From IMG/VR virus record IMGVR_UViG_2737471827_000008, positions 1 to 21,396 of that record: a stretch of DNA of 21,396 nt; one strand, given 5' to 3'. A model generated the notes under the pieces. It had not been told where the DNA came from and searched no databases. It was given only the letters and a program-made list of their open reading frames with translations. Source of the stretch: a virus. Lineage: Duplodnaviria > Heunggongvirae > Uroviricota > Caudoviricetes. This document shows positions 7,776-16,636 of the stretch, in pieces (positions within the stretch are counted from its first letter, which is position 1; every line of letters begins with the position of its first letter). The position numbers were made by a program, and so were the translations under genes.

Positions 7776-9542
7776 ATGAACACCACACTGACACCCGCAG
7801 ATCTCGATCCCCGTCGGCAGGCCATGCTGCTGTACTTTCAGGGATACCGCGTAGCCCGCATTGCTGAAATGCTGGGCGAGAAAGTTGCAACCGTTCACAG
7901 CTGGAAAAAACGCGACAAGTGGGGTGATTATGGGCCGCTGGATCAGATGCAGCTCACCACCGCCGCACGCTACTGCCAGCTCATCATGAAGGAGCACAAA
8001 GAAGGGAAAGATTTCAAAGAGATTGACCTGCTGGCGCGCCAGTCGGAACGCCACGCGCGGATCGGCAAGTTTAACAATGGCGGCAACGAAGCCGACTTAA
8101 ACCCTAACGTCGCCAACCGCAACAAAAGCCCGCGCCGTCAGCCGGAAAAGAACGTTTTCACCGATGAACAGATTGAGAAGCTGGAAGAAATTTTCCATTC
8201 CTCCATGTTCAACTACCAGCGCCACTGGTGGGAAGCCGGAAAAACCAACCGCATCCGCAACCTGCTGAAGTCACGCCAGATCGGCGCGACCTTTTACTTT
8301 GCCCGTGAAGCCCTGATTGACGCCCTGCTTACCGGACGTAACCAGATTTTCCTTTCCGCCAGTAAGGCACAGGCCCACGTCTTTAAACAGTACATCATCG
8401 ACTTCGCCAAAGAAGTGGAGGTGGAGCTGAAAGGCGATCCGATGGTGCTTCCCAACGGGGCCACGCTTTACTTCCTCGGCACCAATGCCCGCACTGCCCA
8501 GAGTTATCACGGCAACCTGTATCTGGATGAATATTTCTGGATACCAAAATTCCAGGAGCTGCGCAAAGTGGCTTCCGGTATGGCTATTCACAAAAAATGG
8601 CGACAAACCTATTTTTCCACGCCATCCAGCCTGACACACAGTGCTTATCCGTTCTGGTCCGGTGCGCTGTTCAACCGTGGGCGCAACAAAGCCGATAAGG
8701 TGGACATCGACCTGTCCCACAGCAATCTGGCCCCCGGCCTGCTGTGCGCAGACGGGCAATACCGCCAGATAGTCACCGTGGAAGATGCGGTGCGCGGCGG
8801 CTGTAACCTGTTCGACCTTGACCAGTTGCGCATGGAGTACAGCCCGGACGAATACCAGAACCTGCTGATGTGCGAGTTCGTGGACGATCTCGCGTCCGTG
8901 TTCCCGCTCAGCGAGCTGCAGGCGTGCATGGTGGACAGCTGGGAAGTCTGGACCGACTTTCATGCACTGGCTCTGCGCCCCTTTGGCTGGCGCGAAGTGT
9001 GGATCGGTTATGACCCGGCAAAAGGTACGCAAAACGGCGACAGCGCCGGATGCGTAGTGGTGGCACCGCCAGCCGTGCCGGGCGGTAAGTTCCGCATTCT
9101 TGAGCGTCACCAGTGGCGCGGGATGGACTTCCGCGCCCAGGCTGACGCCATCAAAAAACTGACCGAACAGTACAACGTGACATACATCGGCATCGACTCA
9201 ACTGGCGTCGGCCACGGGGTTTACGAGAACGTGAAAGCATTCTTTCCTGCCGTCCGGGAGTTTGTCTACAACCCCAACGTTAAAAACGCCCTGGTACTCA
9301 AGGCCTACGACATTATCAGTCACCGCCGCCTAGAATTTGACGCCGGACACACCGACATTGCGCAGTCATTCATGGCAATCCGTCGCGCCACCACCGCCAG
9401 CGGCAACCGCCCGACCTATGAAGCCAGCCGCAGCGAAGAAGCCAGCCATGCCGATCTGGCCTGGGCAACAATGCACGCACTCTTTAACGAACCGCTGCAG
9501 GGCGAGTCCGCCAATACCAGCAATATTGTGGAGATTTTTTGA
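7776..9542 (+). CDS. P: Terminase ATPase (large) subunit (P2 gpP-like)
   Basis: 588 aa; N-terminus MNTTLTPADLDPRRQA... resembles gpP as recalled; divergent from O, followed by Q. Confidence 0.9.
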   Translation: MNTTLTPADLDPRRQAMLLYFQGYRVARIAEMLGEKVATVHSWKKRDKWGDYGPLDQMQLTTAARYCQLIMKEHKEGKDFKEIDLLARQSERHARIGKFNNGGNEADLNPNVANRNKSPRRQPEKNVFTDEQIEKLEEIFHSSMFNYQRHWWEAGKTNRIRNLLKSRQIGATFYFAREALIDALLTGRNQIFLSASKAQAHVFKQYIIDFAKEVEVELKGDPMVLPNGATLYFLGTNARTAQSYHGNLYLDEYFWIPKFQELRKVASGMAIHKKWRQTYFSTPSSLTHSAYPFWSGALFNRGRNKADKVDIDLSHSNLAPGLLCADGQYRQIVTVEDAVRGGCNLFDLDQLRMEYSPDEYQNLLMCEFVDDLASVFPLSELQACMVDSWEVWTDFHALALRPFGWREVWIGYDPAKGTQNGDSAGCVVVAPPAVPGGKFRILERHQWRGMDFRAQADAIKKLTEQYNVTYIGIDSTGVGHGVYENVKAFFPAVREFVYNPNVKNALVLKAYDIISHRRLEFDAGHTDIAQSFMAIRRATTASGNRPTYEASRSEEASHADLAWATMHALFNEPLQGESANTSNIVEIF

Positions 9543-10579
9543 TGGGAAAGAGTAAGAAGAACCGCGCTGCGGCGACGAAACAGAGCCAGCTTAAAAGCCA
9601 GACTACAGCCGAAGCATTCAGCTTCGGTGATCCCATTCCAGTACTTGACCGCCGCGAACTGCTGGACTATGTGGAATGCGTACAGACAGATCGCTGGTAT
9701 GAGCCTCCTGTCAGCTTTGACGGACTGGCGCGCACCTTCCGCGCTGCTGTGCATCACAGTTCCCCGATTGCAGTAAAGTGCAACATTCTGACCAGTACCT
9801 ACATCCCTCACCCGCTGCTCAGCCAGCAGGCTTTTTCACGTTTTGTGCAGGACTATCTGGTATTTGGTAACGCCTACCTGGAGAAACGCACGAACCGCTT
9901 CGGTGAAGTTATCGCCCTTGAACCGGCCCTGGCAAAATACACCCGACGCGGGTTAGACCTGGATACCTACTGGTTTGTGCAATACGGTATGACAACACAG
10001 CCGTATCAGTTCACGAAAGGCAGCATCTTTCATCTGATGGAACCGGACATTAACCAGGAGATCTACGGCCTGCCCGGCTATCTTTCTGCCATTCCGTCAG
10101 CCCTGCTCAATGAGTCCGCCACGCTGTTCCGCCGTAAGTATTACATCAACGGCAGCCATGCAGGCTTCATCATGTACATGACCGACGCCGCGCAGAATCA
10201 GGAGGATGTGAACAATCTCCGCAACGCGATGAAAAGCGCCAAAGGTCCAGGCAACTTCCGCAACCTGTTTATGTACTCGCCTAACGGCAAAAAGGACGGC
10301 CTTCAGATCATCCCTTTGTCAGAAGTTGCGGCGAAGGATGAGTTTCTGAATATCAAAAATGTCAGCCGCGATGACATGATGGCAGCACATCGCGTTCCGC
10401 CACAGATGATGGGGATTATGCCAAATAATGTTGGGGGTTTTGGGGATGTGGAGAAGGCTAGTCTTGTATTTGTTCGCAATGAATTGATGCCACTACAGAA
10501 GCGACTACATGAACTAAACGAATGGGTGGGTGCAGAAGTAATACGTTTTGATGACTATGTTTTAGGTGTTCAGGAATAA
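9542..10579 (+). CDS. Q: Portal protein (P2 gpQ-like)
   Basis: About 345 aa; ATG at 9542 overlaps the P stop (TGATG). Confidence 0.85.
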   Translation: MGKSKKNRAAATKQSQLKSQTTAEAFSFGDPIPVLDRRELLDYVECVQTDRWYEPPVSFDGLARTFRAAVHHSSPIAVKCNILTSTYIPHPLLSQQAFSRFVQDYLVFGNAYLEKRTNRFGEVIALEPALAKYTRRGLDLDTYWFVQYGMTTQPYQFTKGSIFHLMEPDINQEIYGLPGYLSAIPSALLNESATLFRRKYYINGSHAGFIMYMTDAAQNQEDVNNLRNAMKSAKGPGNFRNLFMYSPNGKKDGLQIIPLSEVAAKDEFLNIKNVSRDDMMAAHRVPPQMMGIMPNNVGGFGDVEKASLVFVRNELMPLQKRLHELNEWVGAEVIRFDDYVLGVQE

Positions 10580-10582
10580 AAG

Positions 10583-10610
10583 AAAAGGCGCTAATCTCAG
10601 CGCCTTTTAT
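10583..10610. terminator. Bidirectional intrinsic terminator between convergent Q and the STAS-like gene
   Basis: aaaaGGCGCTaatctcAGCGCCtttt: 6-bp GC-rich stem flanked by A-run and T-run. Confidence 0.6.
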
Positions 10611-10625
10611 CTAACTAACCATATA

Positions 10626-10964
10626 TTAACAAACGGCGTATAAACCATCAAATCCAACGGAATGAACCTTTTTTGATGCTACTTCATTACTACGGCGTTG
10701 GATCACTTTTGCAATACTTTTTAAAATTGAAGGGGGTGCATTGCGAACCTTAACTTGACTCAAAACTTTGGTTACACCGAATTTCACTACCAAAACACCA
10801 AAGATTTCATCAGAGTATGATTCTGAAATTGAATAAACACCGCTCAGATCTAAATCTACGGTATACCCTTCTTTAATGAACCCTTCAATCTTGTGTCGTT
10901 GGGGGATAGCCTGATTGCGCGAAGCCAGGTCACCCTCGGGTAACTTGTATGCGATTTTGTTCAT
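10626..10964 (-). CDS. STAS-like (anti-sigma-antagonist fold, DUF4325-like) small protein; second gene of the accessory operon
   Basis: 112 aa containing VDLDLSGVYSISESYS, resembling the DLSGV/Ser-rich loop of RsbV/SpoIIAA-type STAS domains. ATG overlaps the stop of the upstream gene (TAATG); AGGAGG RBS embedded in the upstream gene's 3' end. Confidence 0.5.
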   Translation of the reverse strand: MNKIAYKLPEGDLASRNQAIPQRHKIEGFIKEGYTVDLDLSGVYSISESYSDEIFGVLVVKFGVTKVLSQVKVRNAPPSILKSIAKVIQRRSNEVASKKVHSVGFDGLYAVC

Positions 10965-11938
10965 TACTCTCCTCCTAACGCCCGCATTATTTCCATAAGC
11001 TGAGGGTCATTTTCTTCGCTATCTTTATCGACTGCCAGTTCATGAATCTTAAAACGGCAAGAAATTGCTACACCCGGCCATTCAGTACGTAATTCAGTAT
11101 AGCTCACTTCATCACCTATTGCTTCTAAGCATACATTTCCTGAAGCCAGTTGCAATTCCCCATTATATGTTTTTATCAATTTCATCAAGTGATACAACCC
11201 AAGCCCTTGATGATTATTATCTTTTTCTTTGACCGAAACCCCGTGGCCAAACACACTACCCCCAATAAAGTCCTGGGGAAGCTGCTGTGCCCAATCATCC
11301 TGCAAATCAGCATGCTTAGATGAATGTCCCTCTTGAATACACCATGCGATCGCATCCTGGTGAGTCTCAATTCCGGGTATACCAGCTCGCCGCAATTCTC
11401 GGAGAAATCCTAACCCACAGTCCGCCAAAGAAAATTCTAAATAGTGCTCTTTTTTTTGAGTGTGGGGTACAGCCGAACGTTGTGCAAAAGAAAAACCCGT
11501 TGATTTTCCATGCGACCAAACGTTATCGTGAAGCTCACCTATAACATGGGTTAGATCTGTAAGTCCCTTGGGACAATCTCTCGGATCACGATCAGGGAAT
11601 GTTAACTGCCTTACACAACTGTTAATACTACCAGTGGCAACGTCAACAGCTTCAACATTGGTTAATGCTGTAACCAAACTGTAATTTCTTCCAACATTTA
11701 CACGTTCCTGTTGATACTGATCCTCTCCCCATAAAGCACCATGTAAATTGATAGCTCGCATATAGCCAGGGCATGACAAAACACAGTTATCTTCGGTAAT
11801 TTTGTGATGATTCACGTAAGCTGCTAAGACAGTGATAAAACCAGGATGCCAATGATTGTTTGGCAATTGCAATTCATTAGTTTCCTTTTGATGAAACGCA
11901 GCGGTATGCACAATAGCGTCTTTTAATCCTAACCCCAT
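10964..11938 (-). CDS. GHKL-family (HATPase_c, RsbW/histidine-kinase-like) ATPase/kinase with an N-terminal domain of unknown function, about 120 aa
   Basis: 324 aa. Bergerat-fold motifs readable in translation: N-box IGELHDNVWSHG, G1 box LADCGLGF, G2 box HQGLGLYHL. AT-rich relative to flanking late genes. Confidence 0.6.
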   Translation of the reverse strand: MGLGLKDAIVHTAAFHQKETNELQLPNNHWHPGFITVLAAYVNHHKITEDNCVLSCPGYMRAINLHGALWGEDQYQQERVNVGRNYSLVTALTNVEAVDVATGSINSCVRQLTFPDRDPRDCPKGLTDLTHVIGELHDNVWSHGKSTGFSFAQRSAVPHTQKKEHYLEFSLADCGLGFLRELRRAGIPGIETHQDAIAWCIQEGHSSKHADLQDDWAQQLPQDFIGGSVFGHGVSVKEKDNNHQGLGLYHLMKLIKTYNGELQLASGNVCLEAIGDEVSYTELRTEWPGVAISCRFKIHELAVDKDSEENDPQLMEIMRALGGE

Positions 11939-11967
11939 GAACCGAACCTTTTTTATGCATTTTTCTT

Positions 11968-11996
11968 ATCATATAACTTAGGACTGATCAGCGCAA
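11968..11996 (-). promoter_or_regulatory. Candidate sigma70 promoter for the GHKL/STAS operon
   Basis: Minus strand TTGCGC-17 bp-TATGAT (forward 11991-11996 and 11968-11973), about 30 bp upstream of the 11938 ATG; spacer contains a GATC. Confidence 0.3.
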
Positions 11997-12056
11997 AGCT
12001 CCCGACACTATTGAATCATACTAAATTAAGGCCTATACCACACAGCACAGCGCGCG

Positions 12057-12075
12057 CTCGTATCCCCGCCACGCC
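12057..12075 (-). other. cos-like sequence (candidate cohesive-end site)
   Basis: Minus strand reads GGCGTGGCGGGGATACGAG. The first 13 nt match the 19-nt cohesive end of phage 186 as I recall it (GGCGTGGCGGGGAAAGCAT); flanked by a CATG-rich repeat region. Confidence 0.35.
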
Positions 12076-12548
12076 TGCCCGCTTTATGTAGTAGTTTTCA
12101 TGCACCTGCATGACATGAGCAAAAGCTCGCCAGTTCTGGCATGTCTTAGCCAAACCGATCCTCAAACGATCATGCGAACTCATGCAGCATAGACATGCAT
12201 GACATGAAAATCGGTCAAACCTTGAAACCAGTCATAAATATGAGCCAGCTTAATACACACTAAATAGCTGCGTCTAATACTGCTACACCTGCCGTTTACT
12301 GACATGTGGCATGTCGCGTAAGGACAACATACTGTAGGCCAGATACAGCAGGATCAGGCGAAGAAAACGGCCCCACGCCTTACCCAGCAAGGGCCAAGGG
12401 CTAACCGAAAGTGGAGCATTATTCCGCGCAGTTATTTAGTGTCAGCTCTTTTGAGCTAAAATCAAGTTTCAACATGAGGGTCTGTGCAGGCTTTCTCATC
12501 CCGCTAATTTATACAGCACACCTATATGGCTATGAGTTTGTCATGCCC

Positions 12549-12580
12549 GCTAATCCTGTTAGGATTAGCCTTGTTTTTTT
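12549..12580 (+). terminator. Perfect 9-bp inverted repeat with T-tract (intrinsic-terminator-like hairpin), 18 bp upstream of the lipoprotein ATG
   Basis: GCTAATCCT-gtt-AGGATTAGC followed by cttgttttttt. Confidence 0.35.
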
Positions 12581-12597
12581 ACGATTGGGATAGGGAT

Positions 12598-13404
12598 ATG
12601 AAGAAATTAACTGGCGTAATTGCTTTTGCTCTGCTGCTTACTGCTTGTGACAAACCGAAGATCGATGCATCAAGCGATCAGTCGATGAAAGAGTCCATTC
12701 AAAAAGTAAGAGAGTCCTTACCTGCAGATAAAAAAGCTCAGTTTGATGATGCAGTTAAAGTCGTTGCCTTTAGCCAAATCAACATGAGAGAGCTAATGCA
12801 GGCTGGAACGTCTTCTGGGGACGTCTACGAAACAAAAATTAAGTCAGCGCTGGAAGGTAAAACTGGTGATGAGGTTATAAATTACGCACAAACTATTCGC
12901 CTTGAGCGTGAGAAGAGAGAGAAAGAACAGGCTCTGCAAGAAATAAAAGAACTGGAAGCCAAACAAACCTCTGCAACACAGGCTGCGGAAAAAATGAAAG
13001 CCTTCAAGGTCGAACGTTCCCGTTTTTATTTCCAGAAAGAGGATTACGGCAATGATCAGCCAATTCTGGATATTAGCGTTGAAAACGGAACAGACAAAGC
13101 GGTTGCCAGAGTATTCTTCAAAGGAGTTATTGCCAGCCCAGGAAGAAGCGTCCCTTGGTTCTCTGACGTCTTCAACTATAAAATTTCTGGAGGTCTGGAA
13201 CCAGGTGAGAAAGCCAACTGGAAATTAGCCCCTAATAGATACTCTGATTGGGGAAAACTTAAAGTTCCGGCTGATGCTATATTTACCGTCACAGTCATTG
13301 GCCTTGAAGACGCAGATGGGAAATCGATCTATGGTGACGCCGAGTTTTCAGAACGCGATGCTGACAGACTGAATCAACTTAGAGATAAGTACCTTTCTAA
13401 ATAA
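12598..13404 (+). CDS. Lipoprotein of unknown function (accessory gene)
   Basis: Start placed at ATG 12598: MKKLTGVIAFALLLTA|CD is a classical lipoprotein signal peptide with Asp at +2 (inner-membrane retention rule). About 268 aa mature, charged, coiled-coil-like middle region. The ORF-track extension from 12526 runs through the terminator-like hairpin. Confidence 0.6.
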   Translation: MKKLTGVIAFALLLTACDKPKIDASSDQSMKESIQKVRESLPADKKAQFDDAVKVVAFSQINMRELMQAGTSSGDVYETKIKSALEGKTGDEVINYAQTIRLEREKREKEQALQEIKELEAKQTSATQAAEKMKAFKVERSRFYFQKEDYGNDQPILDISVENGTDKAVARVFFKGVIASPGRSVPWFSDVFNYKISGGLEPGEKANWKLAPNRYSDWGKLKVPADAIFTVTVIGLEDADGKSIYGDAEFSERDADRLNQLRDKYLSK

Positions 13405-13428
13405 TCAAAATTAAAGCTACTTCAGCAT

Positions 13429-13455
13429 AGTCCCTGAGAATATATATCAGGGACT
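13429..13455. repeat. 9-bp perfect inverted repeat between the two lipoprotein genes
   Basis: AGTCCCTGA-gaatatata-TCAGGGACT; no T-tract follows. Confidence 0.3.
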
Positions 13456-13512
13456 ACCAAATCACGGCAGATACCCCTTAGTTAAATAATGCTAAACGCT
13501 TAGAAAGAGACC

Positions 13513-13812
13513 ATGAAACGTATAACTTTCTCCTTTACGTTAGTAGCAATCATCATAGCCTTAGCTGGATGTGCTTTGCCAGATAAAGACGGCGACTTCG
13601 GAGCTTATGTTCATGCCTGTCAGCAATATGCATACGGAAAATCCTATGCCTTTGAGAATAGAGACTTCGCGTATAAGGTCTGTAAGGACGCGGCGAAACT
13701 GTGGAGTGAAGAAGTTCCTGGCTATATCATCAGGCAAATTCAACTACATCCTGAAATACCCAGCGAAGAAATTAAATATGCAGCCATGGCCGGCTCTTTG
13801 GGTAACAACTAA
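13513..13812 (+). CDS. Small lipoprotein of unknown function (accessory gene)
   Basis: 99 aa; signal peptide with lipobox LAG|C (MKRITFSFTLVAIIIALAGCA...); three further Cys in the mature part. Confidence 0.55.
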   Translation: MKRITFSFTLVAIIIALAGCALPDKDGDFGAYVHACQQYAYGKSYAFENRDFAYKVCKDAAKLWSEEVPGYIIRQIQLHPEIPSEEIKYAAMAGSLGNN

Positions 13813-13825
13813 ATCAACTTATGAG

Positions 13826-13849
13826 AAAGGGGCTTAATGCCCCTTTTCG
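13826..13849. terminator. Intrinsic terminator between convergent lipoprotein gene and the LexA-controlled small gene
   Basis: aaAGGGGCttaatGCCCCTtttc. Confidence 0.55.
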
Positions 13850-13879
13850 GTTCCCTTATCAAGTCCTAACGAAACAAGC

Positions 13880-14068
13880 TCAACTGATTACATCCATCGA
13901 CCTACTGTATTCATGGCTTCGAATTTTCGCCATCAACTCATCAGTCAATTCAGAAACCCACTGCAGAGCTAGCCCCTTCTCTTCATCACTACACTCACTA
14001 GCCGCTACAAGCTTAAGAAAAAAATCAATGCGCTGGAGCTTCAAAGACTCCAAAAAATAGTCCTGCAT
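13880..14068 (-). CDS. Small protein (62 aa) behind a LexA box; candidate SOS-inducible antirepressor (Tum-like position)
   Basis: ATG at 14068 (MQDYFLESLKLQ...) preceded by AGGAGG with 4-nt spacer. Immediately downstream of gene A, same strand, where phage 186 carries tum. The longer ORF-track version (start 14170) would include the promoter. Confidence 0.5.
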   Translation of the reverse strand: MQDYFLESLKLQRIDFFLKLVAASECSDEEKGLALQWVSELTDELMAKIRSHEYSRSMDVIS

Positions 14069-14109
14069 CTTTCCTCCTATAACACCATACGCAATACTGT
14101 ACATATAAC

Positions 14110-14152
14110 CACTGTTTATATTTACAGTATATAATAATCTTACTGATGTAAA
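14110..14152 (-). promoter_or_regulatory. LexA (SOS) box overlapping a candidate promoter
   Basis: caCTGTttatatttACAGta at 14110-14129 fits CTGT-N8-ACAG with an AT-rich spacer. On the minus strand a TTTACA (-35-like, 14147-14152) and TATACT (-10-like, 14126-14131) overlap the box. Confidence 0.55.
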
Positions 14153-14221
14153 ACGTTTTTTTACGTTCATCAGCCTGATATGCCTGGTATTATTAAGAGC
14201 ACGAATTGTTAACCCGCGTGA

Positions 14222-16636
14222 TTAATACAGGTTCCGCCACTTATCATCTTCCTGCAAACGCTGGTTCCGATAGAAGATACGCAGGCCTGCTCCTGACGGA
14301 ATACTGCCACCGCAAAGGAGCAAATCGACCTCTTTCTCGCTGCCATCAAATCCTCTGGACTTCAGTTCATAGACGAGCTGCTGACGCTGATACTCTGTAA
14401 TTCGCTGTTTGTAGTCTTTACGCCGTTTCGGTTTAACCAGGCGCAATCTTGCTGCCAGTTCCCGGCGCTCTTTTTTGCTCATACTGTGCAGGTAATCGTG
14501 CAATTCCTTGTCATCCATGCAGGTAATGTCCGTTCTGGTATCCCCATCTGCTGATTCATCTTTCTCATGTTGGTTCAAATTTTCAGCAAGGGGACAGTTA
14601 TTGCCACGAGTCCAAGGGGCGCAAGCGCCCTGGTCGGCTGCCGCCTCCTGAACATCAACGGCCTTACGAACCATTTTCCACTTCACGGCATGAGTGCAGA
14701 TCTTGCCCTCTGCAATAGGTGACCAGATGCCATAAATACGAATGCCGTGATCGCCATAGGCGGTCGGCTCTTCGTTGATTTCATAAGCGGTTCTGATGAG
14801 GTGATATTTGCGGGGAACCAGTACGCCGCCCTGCTTCATGATGTAGGTGGCAAAACAACCAGCATCAGCAGCAGCCAGGATGGCATCAAGGCGCGGGTTA
14901 TCCAGTACCGGCGCACCTGCTTTTTTGTCCCCCTGTTGCCTTGCCGCCTGACCAGCCAGCAATCGCAGTTCACGGTAAGCCTGACGCCCCGGAATGCCAA
15001 AGAAGCGGAATTGCTGAACACGATGCAGAGACGCCCAGGCATTAACGTATTCAGCATTATCACGCAGGGATTTCCCCGTTTCCTTGCTGATCTCGCCAGC
15101 CAGACCACGCCCGTCAATGTTCTTACTGATGTATTTCGCGATGTAGCTTGTTGGCGTACCTTTGCGCGGGTTAATCAACTCAGACTTAAAGCGCGGCCCA
15201 GTGTTATTGCCCAGTTCCTCGCGGTCTTCACGGATGGCAAACTTACGCAGTAATGCAGTGATGGCGCGGCGGTCTTTTTTGCGCATAAAACACAACAGGT
15301 GCCAGTGAACTGTACCGTCATGATGCGGCTCAGCCACCCGCACGCCATACCACCGCAATCCGGCTTTGTGCATCGCCTTACGAAATGCAGCAAACATGCC
15401 GACCAGATAATCACTGCTTTGTCTTACCGTCGCATTTGTCCAAGTTGGGTTGGGCCTGCCATTATTTAGCGTGGAATGGAAACGTGACGGACAGGTGATG
15501 GTGTAGAAAACGGCGCAGTCACCGCGCATTTCCGCGATAAGCTCCAGGCCTTTAACACAGGCCATCATCTCATTGCGGCGATGCGCAGGGTTGCTGCTGC
15601 TGGCGTTTACCACATCCTCCATGTCCAGCGTGTCGCCGTCTTCGTTCACCAGTTCATGAGAACGAAAAAACTCCAGCGACTTACGGCGCTGCTCACGTTT
15701 ATGCATCACGGCTTCATAGCTGACATAAGGAGATGCTTTTTTGCTAACCAGGCAGACAGCGCGCAACTGCTCTTCCCGCCATTCGCAACGCATCTTCCAT
15801 AATTTCCGATACCACCAGTCGGCGCACAACATACGCGCCAGCGAACCCGGAATGAGTTCATAGGGCACGGGTTTACGGCGGTTTCTTTTCCGGCGGAGTT
15901 GCTCAAACGCAGGAGGAATGACATCCAGACGCAGGGTTTCCGCCGCCACCCTTTCCCATGTCTTGCGGATTTCTTCTGGCTTAACGTCATCGGTGGCATA
16001 CAAATCGCCACAAGCTGCATCAAGACACATGCTCATATGCGCAGCAACAAGGGTGGACAGGCGTTTCACCTGATCCTGACTCATTTCAGGCAGGATCAGC
16101 AGGCCGTCCAGCCCTTCATGGCTTGCCATAAAGCGAAAAGAAGTGGATAGCTGACTCTCGCGTACATGCTCTAGTCGTTCCAGACATTGCTTAATCGTCT
16201 CACGTAAATAGCGGGAATAAGCCTTTGGCCTGCCCAGGCTGCTGAAATATTCAATACGTTGCATCAGCGGCTTGCTGATATGGGAAGGCTGGGCGTTGAC
16301 GTCAGTCAGAATGACCATGTCTGGATTAAAACGCTGCTGCTCATGCGCCATCTTTGCCCGGCTAATGAGCTTATCCTGCTCCATTTCGCGTTGGACAGGA
16401 TCACGGGATTCATTAAAGAAATAACGCTCCCAGACCTGATCACTCAGTGCCTCGCGGCGCAGTTGTTCCTGCTCGTTATCGGTAGCGTACAGAGTGATCA
16501 GGTTTGAAAGCGCAGAAACCGGCGCAACTTCCGCCGGGTCCAGATAAGGGTTAATGGCCTTTTTCGGGCTGTTCCATGAGAATGCTGCGGCGACCTCGTT
16601 AAAGCCGCTGCAGTTGTTCATATCAGCATGGCTCAT
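14222..16636 (-). CDS. A: Replication initiation endonuclease (P2 gpA-like rolling-circle initiator)
   Basis: 804 aa; HUH-like motif ([10 protein letters not shown]) and tyrosine-containing YIAKYISK region; stop/start overlap with upstream dam. Confidence 0.85.
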   Translation of the reverse strand: MSHADMNNCSGFNEVAAAFSWNSPKKAINPYLDPAEVAPVSALSNLITLYATDNEQEQLRREALSDQVWERYFFNESRDPVQREMEQDKLISRAKMAHEQQRFNPDMVILTDVNAQPSHISKPLMQRIEYFSSLGRPKAYSRYLRETIKQCLERLEHVRESQLSTSFRFMASHEGLDGLLILPEMSQDQVKRLSTLVAAHMSMCLDAACGDLYATDDVKPEEIRKTWERVAAETLRLDVIPPAFEQLRRKRNRRKPVPYELIPGSLARMLCADWWYRKLWKMRCEWREEQLRAVCLVSKKASPYVSYEAVMHKREQRRKSLEFFRSHELVNEDGDTLDMEDVVNASSSNPAHRRNEMMACVKGLELIAEMRGDCAVFYTITCPSRFHSTLNNGRPNPTWTNATVRQSSDYLVGMFAAFRKAMHKAGLRWYGVRVAEPHHDGTVHWHLLCFMRKKDRRAITALLRKFAIREDREELGNNTGPRFKSELINPRKGTPTSYIAKYISKNIDGRGLAGEISKETGKSLRDNAEYVNAWASLHRVQQFRFFGIPGRQAYRELRLLAGQAARQQGDKKAGAPVLDNPRLDAILAAADAGCFATYIMKQGGVLVPRKYHLIRTAYEINEEPTAYGDHGIRIYGIWSPIAEGKICTHAVKWKMVRKAVDVQEAAADQGACAPWTRGNNCPLAENLNQHEKDESADGDTRTDITCMDDKELHDYLHSMSKKERRELAARLRLVKPKRRKDYKQRITEYQRQQLVYELKSRGFDGSEKEVDLLLCGGSIPSGAGLRIFYRNQRLQEDDKWRNLY

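Noticed and set aside
8271-9110. 279-aa minus-strand ORF
   Set aside because: Antisense to the terminase gene P; shadow ORF.
12411-12597. 60-aa ORF and the N-terminal extension (from 12526) of the lipoprotein ORF
   Set aside because: Both run through the terminator-like hairpin at 12549-12580 and lack an RBS; the lipoprotein signal peptide begins cleanly at the ATG at 12598.
13821-14060. 79-aa plus-strand ORF
   Set aside because: Starts inside the terminator and lies antisense to the LexA-controlled small gene; no RBS.
13880-14170. Longer 96-aa version of the LexA-controlled gene (start at 14170)
   Set aside because: That start would put the LexA box and the candidate promoter inside the coding sequence; the internal ATG at 14068 has a perfect AGGAGG RBS.
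14747-16507. Several 70-170 aa ORFs on both strands inside gene A
   Set aside because: All are nested within or antisense to the 804-aa replication initiator frame, which has the conserved motifs; none has independent start signals.
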